Origin: Candidatus Limnocylindrales bacterium
GTDB taxonomy: Bacteria > Chloroflexota > Limnocylindria > Limnocylindrales > CSP1-4
Direction: 5' to 3'
DNA: 64,000 nt
Assembly: GCA_038325875.1 (NCBI GenBank)
Contig: JBBQJL010000008.1
Coordinates: forward strand, 454 to 64,453
In this document: positions 9,470 to 19,553 of the stretch, one piece after another
Position numbering within the stretch: position 1 is the first letter of the stretch
Layout of the letters: every line of letters begins with the position of its first letter
Notes under the pieces: generated by a model
Database searches by the model: none
What the model was told of the DNA's origin: nothing
What the model saw: the letters and a program-made list of their open reading frames with translations, nothing else
Program-made: the position numbers and the translations under genes

Positions 9470-9712
9470 ATGAAGCCTCTCGCCTTCGACAGGACGAGAG
9501 GCTCAGCTCCCGCGGTCCCACCCGCCTTCGCGGCAGGGCACCAGATGGTCCGTGCTGCCGCACGCTCGTGCCGCGCTAACGGGCGGATCCCGGACCGGTT
9601 CACCGGCCACTCGCGGGTGGTGCCTCCCAGGCTCGGTCGTCGCGGCTCTCAGCGCTGCCGCAGCTCTCTGCGGACCGTCAGGCCCCGGGTGCGTGTCCCG
9701 CTCGAAGCGTTC
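9470..9712 (-). promoter_or_regulatory. T-box riboswitch (Thr specifier ACC) upstream of thrS
   Basis: Minus strand: AGAGA and GCTGAGAG stem I elements, GGAGGC-ACC specifier loop, T-box AAGGCGGGTGGGACCGCG, then GAGCCTCTCG...CGAGAGGCTTC hairpin. Confidence 0.85.
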
Positions 9713-9716
9713 GATC

Positions 9717-9793
9717 TGGTGGGCGACACTGGGCTCGAACCAGTGACCTCTTGCATGTCAAGCAAGTGCTCTAACCAACTGAGCTAGCCGCCC
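9717..9793 (-). tRNA. tRNA-Val(GAC)
   Basis: GGGCGGCTAGCTCAGTTGGTTAGAGCACTTGC-TTGACAT-GCAAGAGGTCACTGGTTCGAGCCCAGTGTCGCCCACCA. Confidence 0.97.
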
Positions 9794-9893
9794 ATGCGGC
9801 GCGGTTCCGTCGCGCCGCCCGCGAATGATACCGCAGGGTCGTTCGGGAGCGCCGACCGGGTCAGCCGGCGCTCCCTGACCGTGATCGGTGGGC

Positions 9894-10454
9894 CTACGGT
9901 GCGGCGATGAACCAGATCCCTCCGACATTCTGGCCGTTGGAGTCGCCGGCCTTGGTGTCGGCCGCGAAGTAGTACAGCGGGGCACCGTTGTAGGTCACCT
10001 GGTCGGTCCCGTCGTCGCGCTTGATCGTGGCCAGCGTGCCGCTCACGCCGGCACCGGCCTTGAGCGTGTCGGCGGCGGTCGTCATGAACGGCGGCCAGTT
10101 GGTCGCGCAATCGCCGTTGCAGACGCTCTTGCCGGGCGTGGTGTCCTTCTTGAAGGTGTACAGCGTCTTGCCGCCCTCGCCGGCCAGGGTCTTACCGGCG
10201 GCCACGGTCGCGACGGTGACCTCGTAGGTCTCACCGGCGTCCGACGGCTCGACACTGGGCGGAGCTGCCGAGGCGGGGGCGACGGAGGCCGGAGCTGCGG
10301 TGGCAGGTGCGGCAGAGGCGGGCGCTGCCGTCGGGGCCGCGGTCGCCCCGCTGCTCGAGCAGGCAGCGACGAGGATGAGGGCGGCTCCCGCGACGGCCAA
10401 CCCCCGGACGAGCCCGCGCGGGCGATCGGATGCGGTCATTGGCCTGTTCTCCAC
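9894..10454 (-). CDS. COG4315-type secreted lipoprotein (Lipoprotein_15 repeats)
   Basis: VAAC lipobox, GKTLYTFKKD...CNGDCATNWPP, QVTYNGAPLYYFAAD...G..W. Confidence 0.9.
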   Translation of the reverse strand: MENRPMTASDRPRGLVRGLAVAGAALILVAACSSSGATAAPTAAPASAAPATAAPASVAPASAAPPSVEPSDAGETYEVTVATVAAGKTLAGEGGKTLYTFKKDTTPGKSVCNGDCATNWPPFMTTAADTLKAGAGVSGTLATIKRDDGTDQVTYNGAPLYYFAADTKAGDSNGQNVGGIWFIAAP

Positions 10455-10563
10455 TTCGTCGCCGGACTTGGATCACCGGCGGATGACAGGCGATACGTCG
10501 TGAGCAGTCGGTCGGTTCCCTGCTGGTCCTTCGCGGATCGCCGGGTTCGGTCACTATGGCCGA

Positions 10564-11493
10564 GTGGACGACGGCGCCGACTATCAGCTGCTCGACATCG
10601 GCGACCTACGCCGGCTGGAGCGGTTCGGGTCGCGGATCGTCGACCGCCCAGCGCTCGCCGAAGGTGGCTTCCCAGTCCGGGATCCGACCGCCTGGGCGAC
10701 CGCCGACGCGAGGTTCGAGCCGCACGGCGACGCAACGACGGGACGATGGGTGACGGTCGATCCTTCGATCGAGACCCCCTGGCAGGTCGCCGTCGGCGGG
10801 ATCACGTTCGAGGTCCGGCTCGCGCCGTCGGGGCAGGTCGGCTGTTTCCCGGAGCAGGCATCGACGTGGGCCTGGCTGACCACCTGGCTCGACGCGGCCG
10901 GAACGCGCCACGACGGCGGGGCGACCCCCGATGAGACTGTTGAAGCGGCGCTCGAGCTGACCTCGACCGGACGGCCGCCCGTCGAGGTCCTCGACCTGTT
11001 CGCCCACACGGGCGGCTCGACCCTGGCGGCGGCGCGAGCCGGGGCACGCGTCGTCCACGTCGATGCCGGGCGACCGTCGCTTGCGTGGGCCCGCCGGAAC
11101 GCGGAGCTGAATGGGCTGACCGACGCGCCGATCCGCTGGATCGTCGACGACGCAGCGGCGTTCGTCCGGCGGGAGTCCCGGCGCGCTCGGCGCTACGACG
11201 GGATCGTGCTCGACCCGCCGAGCTTCGGGCATGGTCCAGGCGGCACCGCGTGGAGGCTAACCGACGATCTCGCGGATCTCCTCGCCGGTTGCGCCGAGCT
11301 GCTGGTCCACGGTCCGGCGTTCGTCGTCCTGTCGGCGCACACGCCGGGGTTCGGCGCGGAACGGCTCGGCCAGGCGCTGTCCGATGCGCTCGGACCGCGG
11401 GCCGGCGGGCGGATCGACGTCGACGAGCTGAGCATCGCGGCCGGCAGCGGTCGCGTCCTCGGCCTCGGTGCGGTCGCGCGGTGGAGCCGATGA
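10564..11493 (+). CDS. SAM-dependent methyltransferase (RlmI/RlmK-like)
   Basis: YQLLDIGD..RLERFG, VGCFPEQ, VLDLFAHTGG, LDPPSFG. Confidence 0.88.
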   Translation: MDDGADYQLLDIGDLRRLERFGSRIVDRPALAEGGFPVRDPTAWATADARFEPHGDATTGRWVTVDPSIETPWQVAVGGITFEVRLAPSGQVGCFPEQASTWAWLTTWLDAAGTRHDGGATPDETVEAALELTSTGRPPVEVLDLFAHTGGSTLAAARAGARVVHVDAGRPSLAWARRNAELNGLTDAPIRWIVDDAAAFVRRESRRARRYDGIVLDPPSFGHGPGGTAWRLTDDLADLLAGCAELLVHGPAFVVLSAHTPGFGAERLGQALSDALGPRAGGRIDVDELSIAAGSGRVLGLGAVARWSR

Positions 11494-12308
11494 CCCCGCC
11501 CAGCGACTCGATCGCCAGCCCCGCCAACCCCCGGGTCCGGGCCGCAGCTGCACTCCGTGATCGGCGAGAGCGTGACCGGACCGGGCGGATCCTCATCGAC
11601 GGAGCGCGCGAGCTGCTTCGCGCGCTCGATTCGGGGGTCGTCCTCGAGACCCTGTTCGTGTCCGAGCGGATGTGTCGCTCGGCTGCCTGCCTGGAGCTGC
11701 TAGAACGGATCACTCCCGCCGATCGGCGGCGGGCGGCGGTCAGCGAGACCGCCTTCGCCAAGCTCGCCTTCGGGGATCGTGCCGAAGGTGTCGTCGGCGT
11801 GGCGATCCGGCCCACGACCGACCTCGACACATTCGATCCGCCGGCTGAGCCTCTCCTGGCAGTGGTCGAGGCGGTCGAGAAGCCCGGCAACCTCGGGGCG
11901 ATCCTGCGCAGCGCCGACGGCGCCGGCGTCGACGGGCTCATCGCCGCCGACCCGCGCACGGACCTGTACAACCCGAATGCGATCCGGGCCAGCCTCGGCA
12001 CGATCTTCAGCGTCCCGCTCGCGTCGGCCTCAAGCGCGGCCTCACTCGCCTGGCTGCGGGCGCGGACGATCCGGGTGGTCGTCGCACGGGTGGACGGCGC
12101 CGAGCTATACGGCGCGACCGACCTGACCGGGCCCCTTGCGATCGTCCTCGGCAGCGAGGCGGATGGCCTGAGCGACACGTGGTCGGGCACCGACGTGGTG
12201 CCTGTCCGACTTCCGATGCTCGGCGCGGCCGACAGCCTGAACGTGTCGGCGGCCGCCGCGGTTCTCCTTTATGAGGCGCGTCGCCAGCGAACCCTCGCCG
12301 GCCGCTGA
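11490..12308 (+). CDS. TrmH/SpoU family RNA methyltransferase
   Basis: EKPGNLGAILRSA, LGSEADGL, DSLNVSAAAAVLLYE. Confidence 0.92.
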   Translation: MTPPSDSIASPANPRVRAAAALRDRRERDRTGRILIDGARELLRALDSGVVLETLFVSERMCRSAACLELLERITPADRRRAAVSETAFAKLAFGDRAEGVVGVAIRPTTDLDTFDPPAEPLLAVVEAVEKPGNLGAILRSADGAGVDGLIAADPRTDLYNPNAIRASLGTIFSVPLASASSAASLAWLRARTIRVVVARVDGAELYGATDLTGPLAIVLGSEADGLSDTWSGTDVVPVRLPMLGAADSLNVSAAAAVLLYEARRQRTLAGR

Positions 12309-12316
12309 ACCAGCGC

Positions 12317-13972
12317 TCAGGCCTCGAAGACCGTCCGACCGTCCATCAGCACGAGCCGTGGGCGGACCGTCGCCAGCGGCCCGCCGACCTCGACGGGCTC
12401 CGCGAACGCCGCGCCGGGCAGGACGACGAGATCCGCCCGGTGGCCCGCGACCAGACGTCCGCGATCCCCTTCTCCCGCCGACAGCGGGCCGTCGAGGCAG
12501 GTCGCCCGAATCGCCCGGGCGAGGGTCAGGGCCTCAGCCGGACCGAACCGACCGACACCGGCAGGCCACGAGGCATCCGCCCGGGTCACCGCCATGGCGA
12601 TGCCAGGCCACGGATCGAGCGGCTCGACCGGCGCGTCGGTCCCGAACGGGATGAGCGCACCAGATCCGGCGAGCGAGTGCCAGCGATAGCCTGATCGCTC
12701 GGCTCGATCGCCCCACAGGTGACGGGCCTGGGCGGCATCGCTCCGCAGGTGGACCGGCTGGATCGACGCCGCGATCCCGAGCCGGCCGAAGCGCGGCAGG
12801 TCGACCGGGTCGACGAGCTGGACGTGCTCCACGCGCGGCACGAGCCCATGTCGACCGACCTGCGGCTCGAGCGCGTCGAGCGCGGCGCGTAGGGCGGCGT
12901 CCCCGATCGCGTGGATCTGCGTCGCCAGCCCGGCGTCCGAGGCTCGCCGGGTCAAGTCGGCCAGGATCTCGGGCTCGGTGATGAAGATGCCACGCTCGCG
13001 GCCAGGTTCAAGCGGGCGATCGGGCTCGAACGCGAACGGTTCGAGGAGGGCAGCGGTCCGCGACCCGAGCGAGCCGTCCGCGAACAGCTTCTGCCACCCC
13101 ACCCGCGCCCGGGGATCGGGCCCGGCGCCCAGGGCCAGGCCGCTCCGGAGGCCGCGCAGTTCGGCGCTCCCCACCGCCTCCTGGCACAGGCACGCGTGGA
13201 CGCGGAGCGGTAGCCGCCCGGCCTCGTCGAGCCGGGCATAGGCCGCGAACGGCCCGCTCAGCTCGGCGTCGGGCACCAGGTCGCCCGGATCGTGGACGGC
13301 GACGACGCCCAGCGCCAGAAGGTCGCGGGAGATGAGCGGGAGGGCCTCGACCAGGGCGTCCGCCGTCGGTGGCGGGACGCGGCCCGCCACCATCCTCGTG
13401 GCCGACTCGTGGAGGACGCCGGTCGGCGTCCCGTCGGGCCGGCGTCTGATCTCACCGCCGGCCGGGTCAGGCGTCCCAGGTCCGACGCCGGCGAGCGCGA
13501 GAGCCGCCCGACTCGCCCACAGCGAGTGATGGTCGTGCGCCCACAGGGCGACCGGCCGGCCCGGTGCGATGCCAGCCAGGTCGTCGGCCGTCGGCCAACC
13601 GCCCCAGCGGTCTGATTCCCAGCCCTGTCCGAGCAGCCACGCATCGGGATCGACCAGCGCGAGGTGGGCGGCTGCGATCCGGGTCAGGCCGAGGGCCAGG
13701 GTCGGCTCGTCGGATAGGTCGACCTGATCGGCGGCGATGGCCGCCTGGCCCAGGTGGAGATGGGCGTCGGTCAGTCCCGGGATCGCCACCTCCTCCGGCG
13801 ACAGGGCGATCCGTCGCGTGTGCGGGTCGGTCATCGCCTCGACCTCGGCTCGCGGGCCGGCCGCCACGACGCGTCCGCCCGCGATCGCCAGCGCCTCGAC
13901 CCAGCCGAACCCGCTCTCGCCAGCGAGCGTGGCGATCCGTCCTTCGACGACGAGGTCGGCGACGGTGCTCAC
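12317..13972 (-). CDS. Amidohydrolase 3 family protein (YtcJ-like)
   Basis: PGLTDAHLH, KLFADGSLGSRTA, IHAIGD, RVEHVQ, FGTDAPVE. Confidence 0.9.
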   Translation of the reverse strand: MSTVADLVVEGRIATLAGESGFGWVEALAIAGGRVVAAGPRAEVEAMTDPHTRRIALSPEEVAIPGLTDAHLHLGQAAIAADQVDLSDEPTLALGLTRIAAAHLALVDPDAWLLGQGWESDRWGGWPTADDLAGIAPGRPVALWAHDHHSLWASRAALALAGVGPGTPDPAGGEIRRRPDGTPTGVLHESATRMVAGRVPPPTADALVEALPLISRDLLALGVVAVHDPGDLVPDAELSGPFAAYARLDEAGRLPLRVHACLCQEAVGSAELRGLRSGLALGAGPDPRARVGWQKLFADGSLGSRTAALLEPFAFEPDRPLEPGRERGIFITEPEILADLTRRASDAGLATQIHAIGDAALRAALDALEPQVGRHGLVPRVEHVQLVDPVDLPRFGRLGIAASIQPVHLRSDAAQARHLWGDRAERSGYRWHSLAGSGALIPFGTDAPVEPLDPWPGIAMAVTRADASWPAGVGRFGPAEALTLARAIRATCLDGPLSAGEGDRGRLVAGHRADLVVLPGAAFAEPVEVGGPLATVRPRLVLMDGRTVFEA

Positions 13973-15000
13973 TCGGGTGGTCCGGGCGGTCCGGGCGGCC
14001 GCGAGGTTCCCGGCGGCCCGGCCAGGAACCGAGCCAGGTCGGGGCCGCGCAGACCGGCCCCGAGACCGACCGACAGGGCGATCCGCGCCTTGGGCGCGCT
14101 GAGCGTGCCGGCCAGCATGGCTCCCGCCCGGACCCAGGTCGCGCCGCCGCCCGGGAACGCGTAACCCGTTCCGGCCGCGCCGGACGCGGTTCGACTGGCC
14201 AGCACGAGCGGGATCCCCGCGGCGATCGCCCGCTCGCCGGCGGCCAGCAACGCCGAGGACGTGTTGCCCGATCCGGTGGCCGCCACGACGATCCCGGCCG
14301 GCTCCAGCCCGATCGCGGCGTCGAGGATACGCGGATCCATCCCGACGGTGGCCGTGACGATCGGGATCGGCTCGGCCAGGAAGCGCGCGTCGACCGGTCC
14401 GCGCCGTGCTTCCCGCTCGCGCTCGAGCGTGACCCTTCCGCGGTCGAGTCGTCCGAGACGGCCGGCGTTGAGGCTGCGGAACGTGTCGAGTGCGCTGGTG
14501 TGCGTCTTCGTGACGTCGTCGGCGGGTTCGATCGTCCCGGCCAGGACGACCACCGCGCCAGCGCCCTTGAGGGCCGGTGAGGCGGCGGTCGCGACGGCGT
14601 CACGCAGGTTGTCGGGCCCGTCGTAGTCGAGCTCGGTCGCGTTCCGCATCGCGCCGGTCACCACGACCGGCTTCAGGGCGTCGAGCATGAGATCCAGGGC
14701 GAACGACGTCTCGTCGATCGTGTCGGTGCCCTGGACCACGACCACCCCATCGACTGTGGCGTCCGCCAGGAGCGCTCGGACGTCCATGGCGACCGCGAAC
14801 AGCTCGGTCATCGTCCAGTGGCTGGCGGGCTTCAGGCCGCGGTCGATGGCGACAACCTCGGCGATCCGATCCAGTCCGGGTGTGCGCGCCAGGATCGCCG
14901 CTCCGTCGAGGGCCGGCAGCGCGCCGCCCGCGAGCGGGTCGACGATCATGCTGATCGTCCCGCCGGTGAACACGACCGCGACTCGTCTCAGCGCTGCCAC
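13969..15000 (-). CDS. Asparaginase/glutaminase family protein
   Basis: TGGTISM, QGTDTIDET, VTGAMR, DGPDNL, TKTHT; GTG 15000 behind GGAGG. Confidence 0.9.
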   Translation of the reverse strand: MAALRRVAVVFTGGTISMIVDPLAGGALPALDGAAILARTPGLDRIAEVVAIDRGLKPASHWTMTELFAVAMDVRALLADATVDGVVVVQGTDTIDETSFALDLMLDALKPVVVTGAMRNATELDYDGPDNLRDAVATAASPALKGAGAVVVLAGTIEPADDVTKTHTSALDTFRSLNAGRLGRLDRGRVTLEREREARRGPVDARFLAEPIPIVTATVGMDPRILDAAIGLEPAGIVVAATGSGNTSSALLAAGERAIAAGIPLVLASRTASGAAGTGYAFPGGGATWVRAGAMLAGTLSAPKARIALSVGLGAGLRGPDLARFLAGPPGTSRPPGPPGPPE

Positions 15001-16346
15001 TCGCCCAAGCCTCCTCCGACGTGCGGCATCTTCTCGTAGCCGACACTCCCCCGCCGCGTCGCCAGTCGCCACATCGCCCCGGGGATCGCACCCAGCCAGA
15101 CGGCGTTGAACAGGCCGACCCGGAGCGCCCGCCGGAGCCGTGATCGGGCGGCCAGCGGGGCGCCCTCCGGTCCCGACTCCCAGCGCAGGCCGTCCCAGGC
15201 CAGCACGCTGCCCGCGGCGAGGTAGGTCCCGAGCAGGATCGCGGCCGGAACCGGGCGACGTCGGATCAGGGCGCCCCCGACGGATCCCAGGATGAGCGGC
15301 GCGATCACGAGCTGGCCGGCGTAGGCGGCGAAGTCGAGCCGGGCGTAGAGGCTGAGGGCCGGGCTGCGGACGACCTCCGGGCCGTGCTCCAGCACGCGTC
15401 GGAGCCCACCCTCGGCCCAGCGCAGACGCTGGCGCAACAGGCCTCCGACGGTTCGAACGGGCTCCTCCCAGACTTCCGCGTCGACCGCCCAGGCCACCCT
15501 GACCCCGGCTCGGGCGGCCAGTCGGCTCGACAGGTCGAGGTCCTCGGTCAGCGCCTCCGCTCGCCATCCGCCGACCCCCGCCAGGAGATCGCGCCGCACG
15601 ACGATCCCATTGCCGCGAAACTCCGAGCAGCCACCGAGCGCCCAGCGTCCGCGCTGGATCTCGCCGTCCAGCGTCTGCTCGTCGGCCTGGGCGCCGGCCA
15701 GCCAGTCGCCCTCAGCATCGATCACCCGCCGGCGGGCCGTGACGGCACCGGCACCGGCCCCGACATAGGCCGCCAGCCGGCGCAGGAACGTGGGCCCGAT
15801 CCGGGCGTCGGCGTCAAGCACGACGATGACGTCGCCCCGGCAGGCGTCGGGCTGGACGGCGGCCAAAGCGGCAGCCTTGCCGTCGGCCAGATCGGGTCCG
15901 GATCGCCGGACGACGGTGGTGACGGCCCCGATCCCGGCCGCTTCCGCCGCTGCACGAGCAACGGCGCCCGAGCCGTCCGTCGACCGATCGTCGATGACCA
16001 CCAGCTCGAACAGTGGCGACCCATCGGCGGCGGACCGGTGATCCTGCACGGCGATGTCGCGGATCAGGCCGGCCACGACAGCGGCCTCGTCCCGTGCCGC
16101 CACGAGCACGGTGAAGGTAGCTGGGTCCGCATCCGGGTCGAGCGGGTCGGCCGCGGGACCGATCGGTGGACGCCGGCTGGCGAGCGCCAGCGGGAGCACG
16201 TAACCCCCGGCGATCAGCGCCGCCACGCCGACGGTGCGTCGTGCCCCGGCGACCGATCCGGCAGCGACCCCGCAGACGATCCCACCGGCCAGCATGCCGA
16301 GCGACACCAACCGCCAGGCGGTCGGCGTCCGGTCAGGCGCCGGCAT
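14988..16346 (-). CDS. Family 2 glycosyltransferase, processive type
   Basis: DDRSTD, DAD, TEDLD, QRLRWAEG (D,D,D,QxxRW). Confidence 0.9.
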   Translation of the reverse strand: MPAPDRTPTAWRLVSLGMLAGGIVCGVAAGSVAGARRTVGVAALIAGGYVLPLALASRRPPIGPAADPLDPDADPATFTVLVAARDEAAVVAGLIRDIAVQDHRSAADGSPLFELVVIDDRSTDGSGAVARAAAEAAGIGAVTTVVRRSGPDLADGKAAALAAVQPDACRGDVIVVLDADARIGPTFLRRLAAYVGAGAGAVTARRRVIDAEGDWLAGAQADEQTLDGEIQRGRWALGGCSEFRGNGIVVRRDLLAGVGGWRAEALTEDLDLSSRLAARAGVRVAWAVDAEVWEEPVRTVGGLLRQRLRWAEGGLRRVLEHGPEVVRSPALSLYARLDFAAYAGQLVIAPLILGSVGGALIRRRPVPAAILLGTYLAAGSVLAWDGLRWESGPEGAPLAARSRLRRALRVGLFNAVWLGAIPGAMWRLATRRGSVGYEKMPHVGGGLGEWQR

Positions 16347-17835
16347 CGCCGGGCGAGGTCGTTTGGGGCCGGTGGGACAGCACCGAGGCGACACCGGTCA
16401 ACGTGACCGACAGGCCGACCACGATCAGGATGACGGTTGTCCCGACGAACGCGGAGACCGACCCGACGATGATGATGGGGATGAAGCTGGCGACCGATAC
16501 CAGCATGTTCAGGACGCCGAAGACCCGCCCGCGAACCTGCTCAGGGAGCTCCTCCTGGAGACGGACCTGGGCTGGGATCGCCACTAGCGCGTAGGCGATC
16601 CCAGCCAGGAAGCCGATCCCGATGACGACCGCCAGGAGTGACACGAGCCCCGAGAAGTTGACCGGACTGAGGTTCTCGGCACGCTGCAGGAAACGGGTGA
16701 TCGGTCCGGCGGCGGCCAGGGCCGTCAGGAGCACTCCGAGCCCGACCAGGCCGCCCTCCATCAGGCGTCGACGCGGGAAGTACTTGCCATAGCTGTTGAG
16801 CAGCAGGATCCCGGTCACGATGCCCATCCCGAGCGGCAGGACGACGACCACGAAGTCCGTCGGCGCAAGGCCGAGCGCCTCGGTCGCGAAGGCCGGCCCG
16901 AGGACGCCCAGGACCCCGATCAGGGACGCGGTGACGCCGAGGTAGATCAGCGACCAGGACACGTTCCGATGGACGCGGATGTAGCTGAACCCTTCGCGCA
17001 GCTCGGTGAAGATCGTGGCCACGGCCTGTTCCGTGCCCTCGACGGTGTCACGGGTCGCCAAGCCCGACTTCGTTCCGGGCACGGACGGCAGGATGATCGT
17101 GAACGCCGACGCCACCAGGTACAGGGCAGCGACGGTCAGGATCAGGGTCACCGGCCCGGCCAGCTTGACGACGAGCGGTCCGAGCAGGGCGAAGCCGAGC
17201 GCGAACGACGCGTTCTGGGTGAAGGTGAACAAGCCGTTCGCGGCGAGCAGTTGCTTGCGCTCGACCAGGACCGGGATCATGGCCGCCTCAGCCGGGGCGA
17301 AGAACGTGGTGACCGTCGAGATGGCGATGTTCAGGACGAAGATCGCCAGGATGTTGCCCGAGGCCAGGTAGATCAGGGCGAAGAAGAAGGCTCGGAGCAG
17401 GTTCGTGACGATCAGGATGATCCGGCGATCGAGCCGATCGACGAAGACGCCGGCCAACGCCGAGAAGAGCACCGCCGGCACGAGGAAGGTGAGCAGGAGC
17501 AGGCTCACCGCCGAGGTCGACTTGGTCCCCGAGTAGATCAGGACGGTCAGTCCGTAGACGACCATGTTCCCACCGATCTGGGTGGCCGCCTGGGCCAGCC
17601 ACAGGAGCAGGAAGTTCCGGTTGCGCAGGACGGCCAGCGCGTTCGAGCTGGCGCCGTCCGCCGGTTCGTCCTCGGCGGGGTCGTAGTGGGCGTCGACCGG
17701 CGACGGCTCCGTTGCATCGTCGTCCGGGCCCAGGAGTCCGACATCGTCCTTCGCCGGCGGCGTCGCCATCGACGACAGTGGCGGCGGCGGGATCGTCGCC
17801 CGATCCGGGTCGAGCCGGCGGTCGCGCTCGGTCAT
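16333..17835 (-). CDS. MFS transporter
   Basis: LRNRNFLLLWLAQ, GVFVDRLDRR, RGRVFG; about 12 TM segments. Confidence 0.9.
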   Translation of the reverse strand: MTERDRRLDPDRATIPPPPLSSMATPPAKDDVGLLGPDDDATEPSPVDAHYDPAEDEPADGASSNALAVLRNRNFLLLWLAQAATQIGGNMVVYGLTVLIYSGTKSTSAVSLLLLTFLVPAVLFSALAGVFVDRLDRRIILIVTNLLRAFFFALIYLASGNILAIFVLNIAISTVTTFFAPAEAAMIPVLVERKQLLAANGLFTFTQNASFALGFALLGPLVVKLAGPVTLILTVAALYLVASAFTIILPSVPGTKSGLATRDTVEGTEQAVATIFTELREGFSYIRVHRNVSWSLIYLGVTASLIGVLGVLGPAFATEALGLAPTDFVVVVLPLGMGIVTGILLLNSYGKYFPRRRLMEGGLVGLGVLLTALAAAGPITRFLQRAENLSPVNFSGLVSLLAVVIGIGFLAGIAYALVAIPAQVRLQEELPEQVRGRVFGVLNMLVSVASFIPIIIVGSVSAFVGTTVILIVVGLSVTLTGVASVLSHRPQTTSPGDAGA

Positions 17836-18083
17836 CGCTCCGCGTCCCGTGCCTGCGGTGTCACTGCAGCGCTGAGCGCCGCATCGCCGCGGGTTTCGAA
17901 CCCGACCAGCCGACGCTCGATCTGGGTCCGGGCCAGGAGGATGTGGCGCGCGCAGGTCGTGCAGCGCAGGCCGAGGTCCGCGCCCAACCGATCGACCAGC
18001 CAGGTCGACCCGCCGCACGGGTGGGCCCGCCGGAGACGGACGACATCGCCGAGCAGGAAGGTCACCGGTGTGCGGTCAGTCAT
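17832..18083 (-). CDS. DUF951 family protein
   Basis: GDVVRLRRAHPCGG..W..RLGADLGLRCTTC. Confidence 0.85.
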   Translation of the reverse strand: MTDRTPVTFLLGDVVRLRRAHPCGGSTWLVDRLGADLGLRCTTCARHILLARTQIERRLVGFETRGDAALSAAVTPQARDAER

Positions 18084-18111
18084 GGGCGGTTCGCATTCGG
18101 CCGGGAGGGTA

Positions 18112-18786
18112 TCAGAGCTTGGGCGTGCCGTGCGCCGGCAGGAGGTCCCGCGAGGTCGCGGGGATCTCGACGACGTCGACCGGCACTACCGTGATCTGGA
18201 CCTCAGGGTACGTCGCCGCGAGCTGGGCGACGATCCCACCGGCCCGGGTGAGGGATCCTGTCAGCGTAGCCGGATTGCCGATGGCGGTGACCTCGAACCC
18301 GTTCGGCAGGGCGGTGTTCTCGACGGACAGTCCGCCCGCGGGTCCGGCGACGACGGTGCCGGGCACGACCCGGACATCGGCCACCACCAGGGCCTCCGCA
18401 CCGGCGTTGTGCAGTTCGTTGAGGAGGTCCTGGACGCCGGCACCGGCGATCATCCCGTCGACCGATACCCTGATGCCCGTGCCGGTCACGGCGTCGAGAC
18501 CGGTCCAGGCCCGGACGCGGGCCAGGTCGAGGCGGAGCTGGTCGACCGACGACTCCCCTCGCGAATGCGCTCCCTGGAGGTCGGCCAGCTCGCGCTCGGT
18601 CGTGGCGATCTCTGCCCGGAGCTGGTCGTTGCGGGTATTGAGGTTCGCCACGAGCACGGTCAGGTCCTGGGCGGACAACGCCTCGAGCCCTGTCCCGATC
18701 GACTGCGACCTGAGCTGGACGACCACCAGCAGACCGAGGAGGAGGGTGACCGCGGCGATCGTCAGTTGGCTGTTGCGCTTGCGCAT
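18112..18786 (-). CDS. DUF881 family protein
   Basis: N-terminal TM, coiled coil, GLDAVTGTG, NELHNAGAEA, AIGNP. Confidence 0.85.
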   Translation of the reverse strand: MRKRNSQLTIAAVTLLLGLLVVVQLRSQSIGTGLEALSAQDLTVLVANLNTRNDQLRAEIATTERELADLQGAHSRGESSVDQLRLDLARVRAWTGLDAVTGTGIRVSVDGMIAGAGVQDLLNELHNAGAEALVVADVRVVPGTVVAGPAGGLSVENTALPNGFEVTAIGNPATLTGSLTRAGGIVAQLAATYPEVQITVVPVDVVEIPATSRDLLPAHGTPKL

Positions 18787-18791
18787 GGCGG

Positions 18792-19553
18792 CTACGGTCC
18801 TTCGCTCGGAGCCGGCGTGACCGGCCGGGCGTAGCGCAGATTGATGGTGCCGGCGTAGGCCGGGATCAGCACGTCCTTCGGCTCCGCGAATCCCACCTGC
18901 AGGCCGAATGCCTCGATCCGCGTCCGGATGAAGTCGCGGAAGCTCGCCGAGCCGTTGACCTGGTCGAACAGGTCAGACGGTCCGATGGCCGAGAGCTGGT
19001 AGGGCGGCGACAGGTAGGCGGCATTGAGCAGGACCGAGCCCCCGATGTCGATGATCGCGGTGGCCGAGGTGACCCGCTCGCCGTTGACCGCGACCGCCTC
19101 GGCCCCGGCCAGCCACAACTCCTCGACCACCGTCCGGATGTCGCGGGCGGAGACGAGGTAATCGGTCGGGTTGTCGCCCGGTGGCACGGTGTTGGTCGAA
19201 TCGCGCAGCTGCAGGACCACGCCCGGACCTTCGAGCGCGGTCAGGCCCGCCTCGACCCGTGCTTGGCGAAGACGGTCGTCGAGGGCTTGGACCGCGGCTG
19301 CGCTGCCCTTGCCCTGCGACTCGGCGCCCTCGATCTCCGCCCGCAGGTCGAGCAGCCGCTGCTTGAGCGCATCCTGCTGGGTCTGCAGGCCCTGGGCGGT
19401 CTCGACCAGCGGCACCCGTTCGTTGCTCGCGTAGCTGACCCGGGGCGCCTCGCTTCGAAGCTGAGCCGCGATCAGGAAGCCGAGGGCCAGGAGTGCGACG
19501 CCAAGGGTGATCTGCCAGCCCGCGATCGATCGGACCCGGGTGGCCATGCTCAT
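18792..19553 (-). CDS. DUF881 family protein
   Basis: AGLTALEGPG, ELWLAGAEAVAVNGER, PPY..SAIG. Confidence 0.88.
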   Translation of the reverse strand: MSMATRVRSIAGWQITLGVALLALGFLIAAQLRSEAPRVSYASNERVPLVETAQGLQTQQDALKQRLLDLRAEIEGAESQGKGSAAAVQALDDRLRQARVEAGLTALEGPGVVLQLRDSTNTVPPGDNPTDYLVSARDIRTVVEELWLAGAEAVAVNGERVTSATAIIDIGGSVLLNAAYLSPPYQLSAIGPSDLFDQVNGSASFRDFIRTRIEAFGLQVGFAEPKDVLIPAYAGTINLRYARPVTPAPSEGP

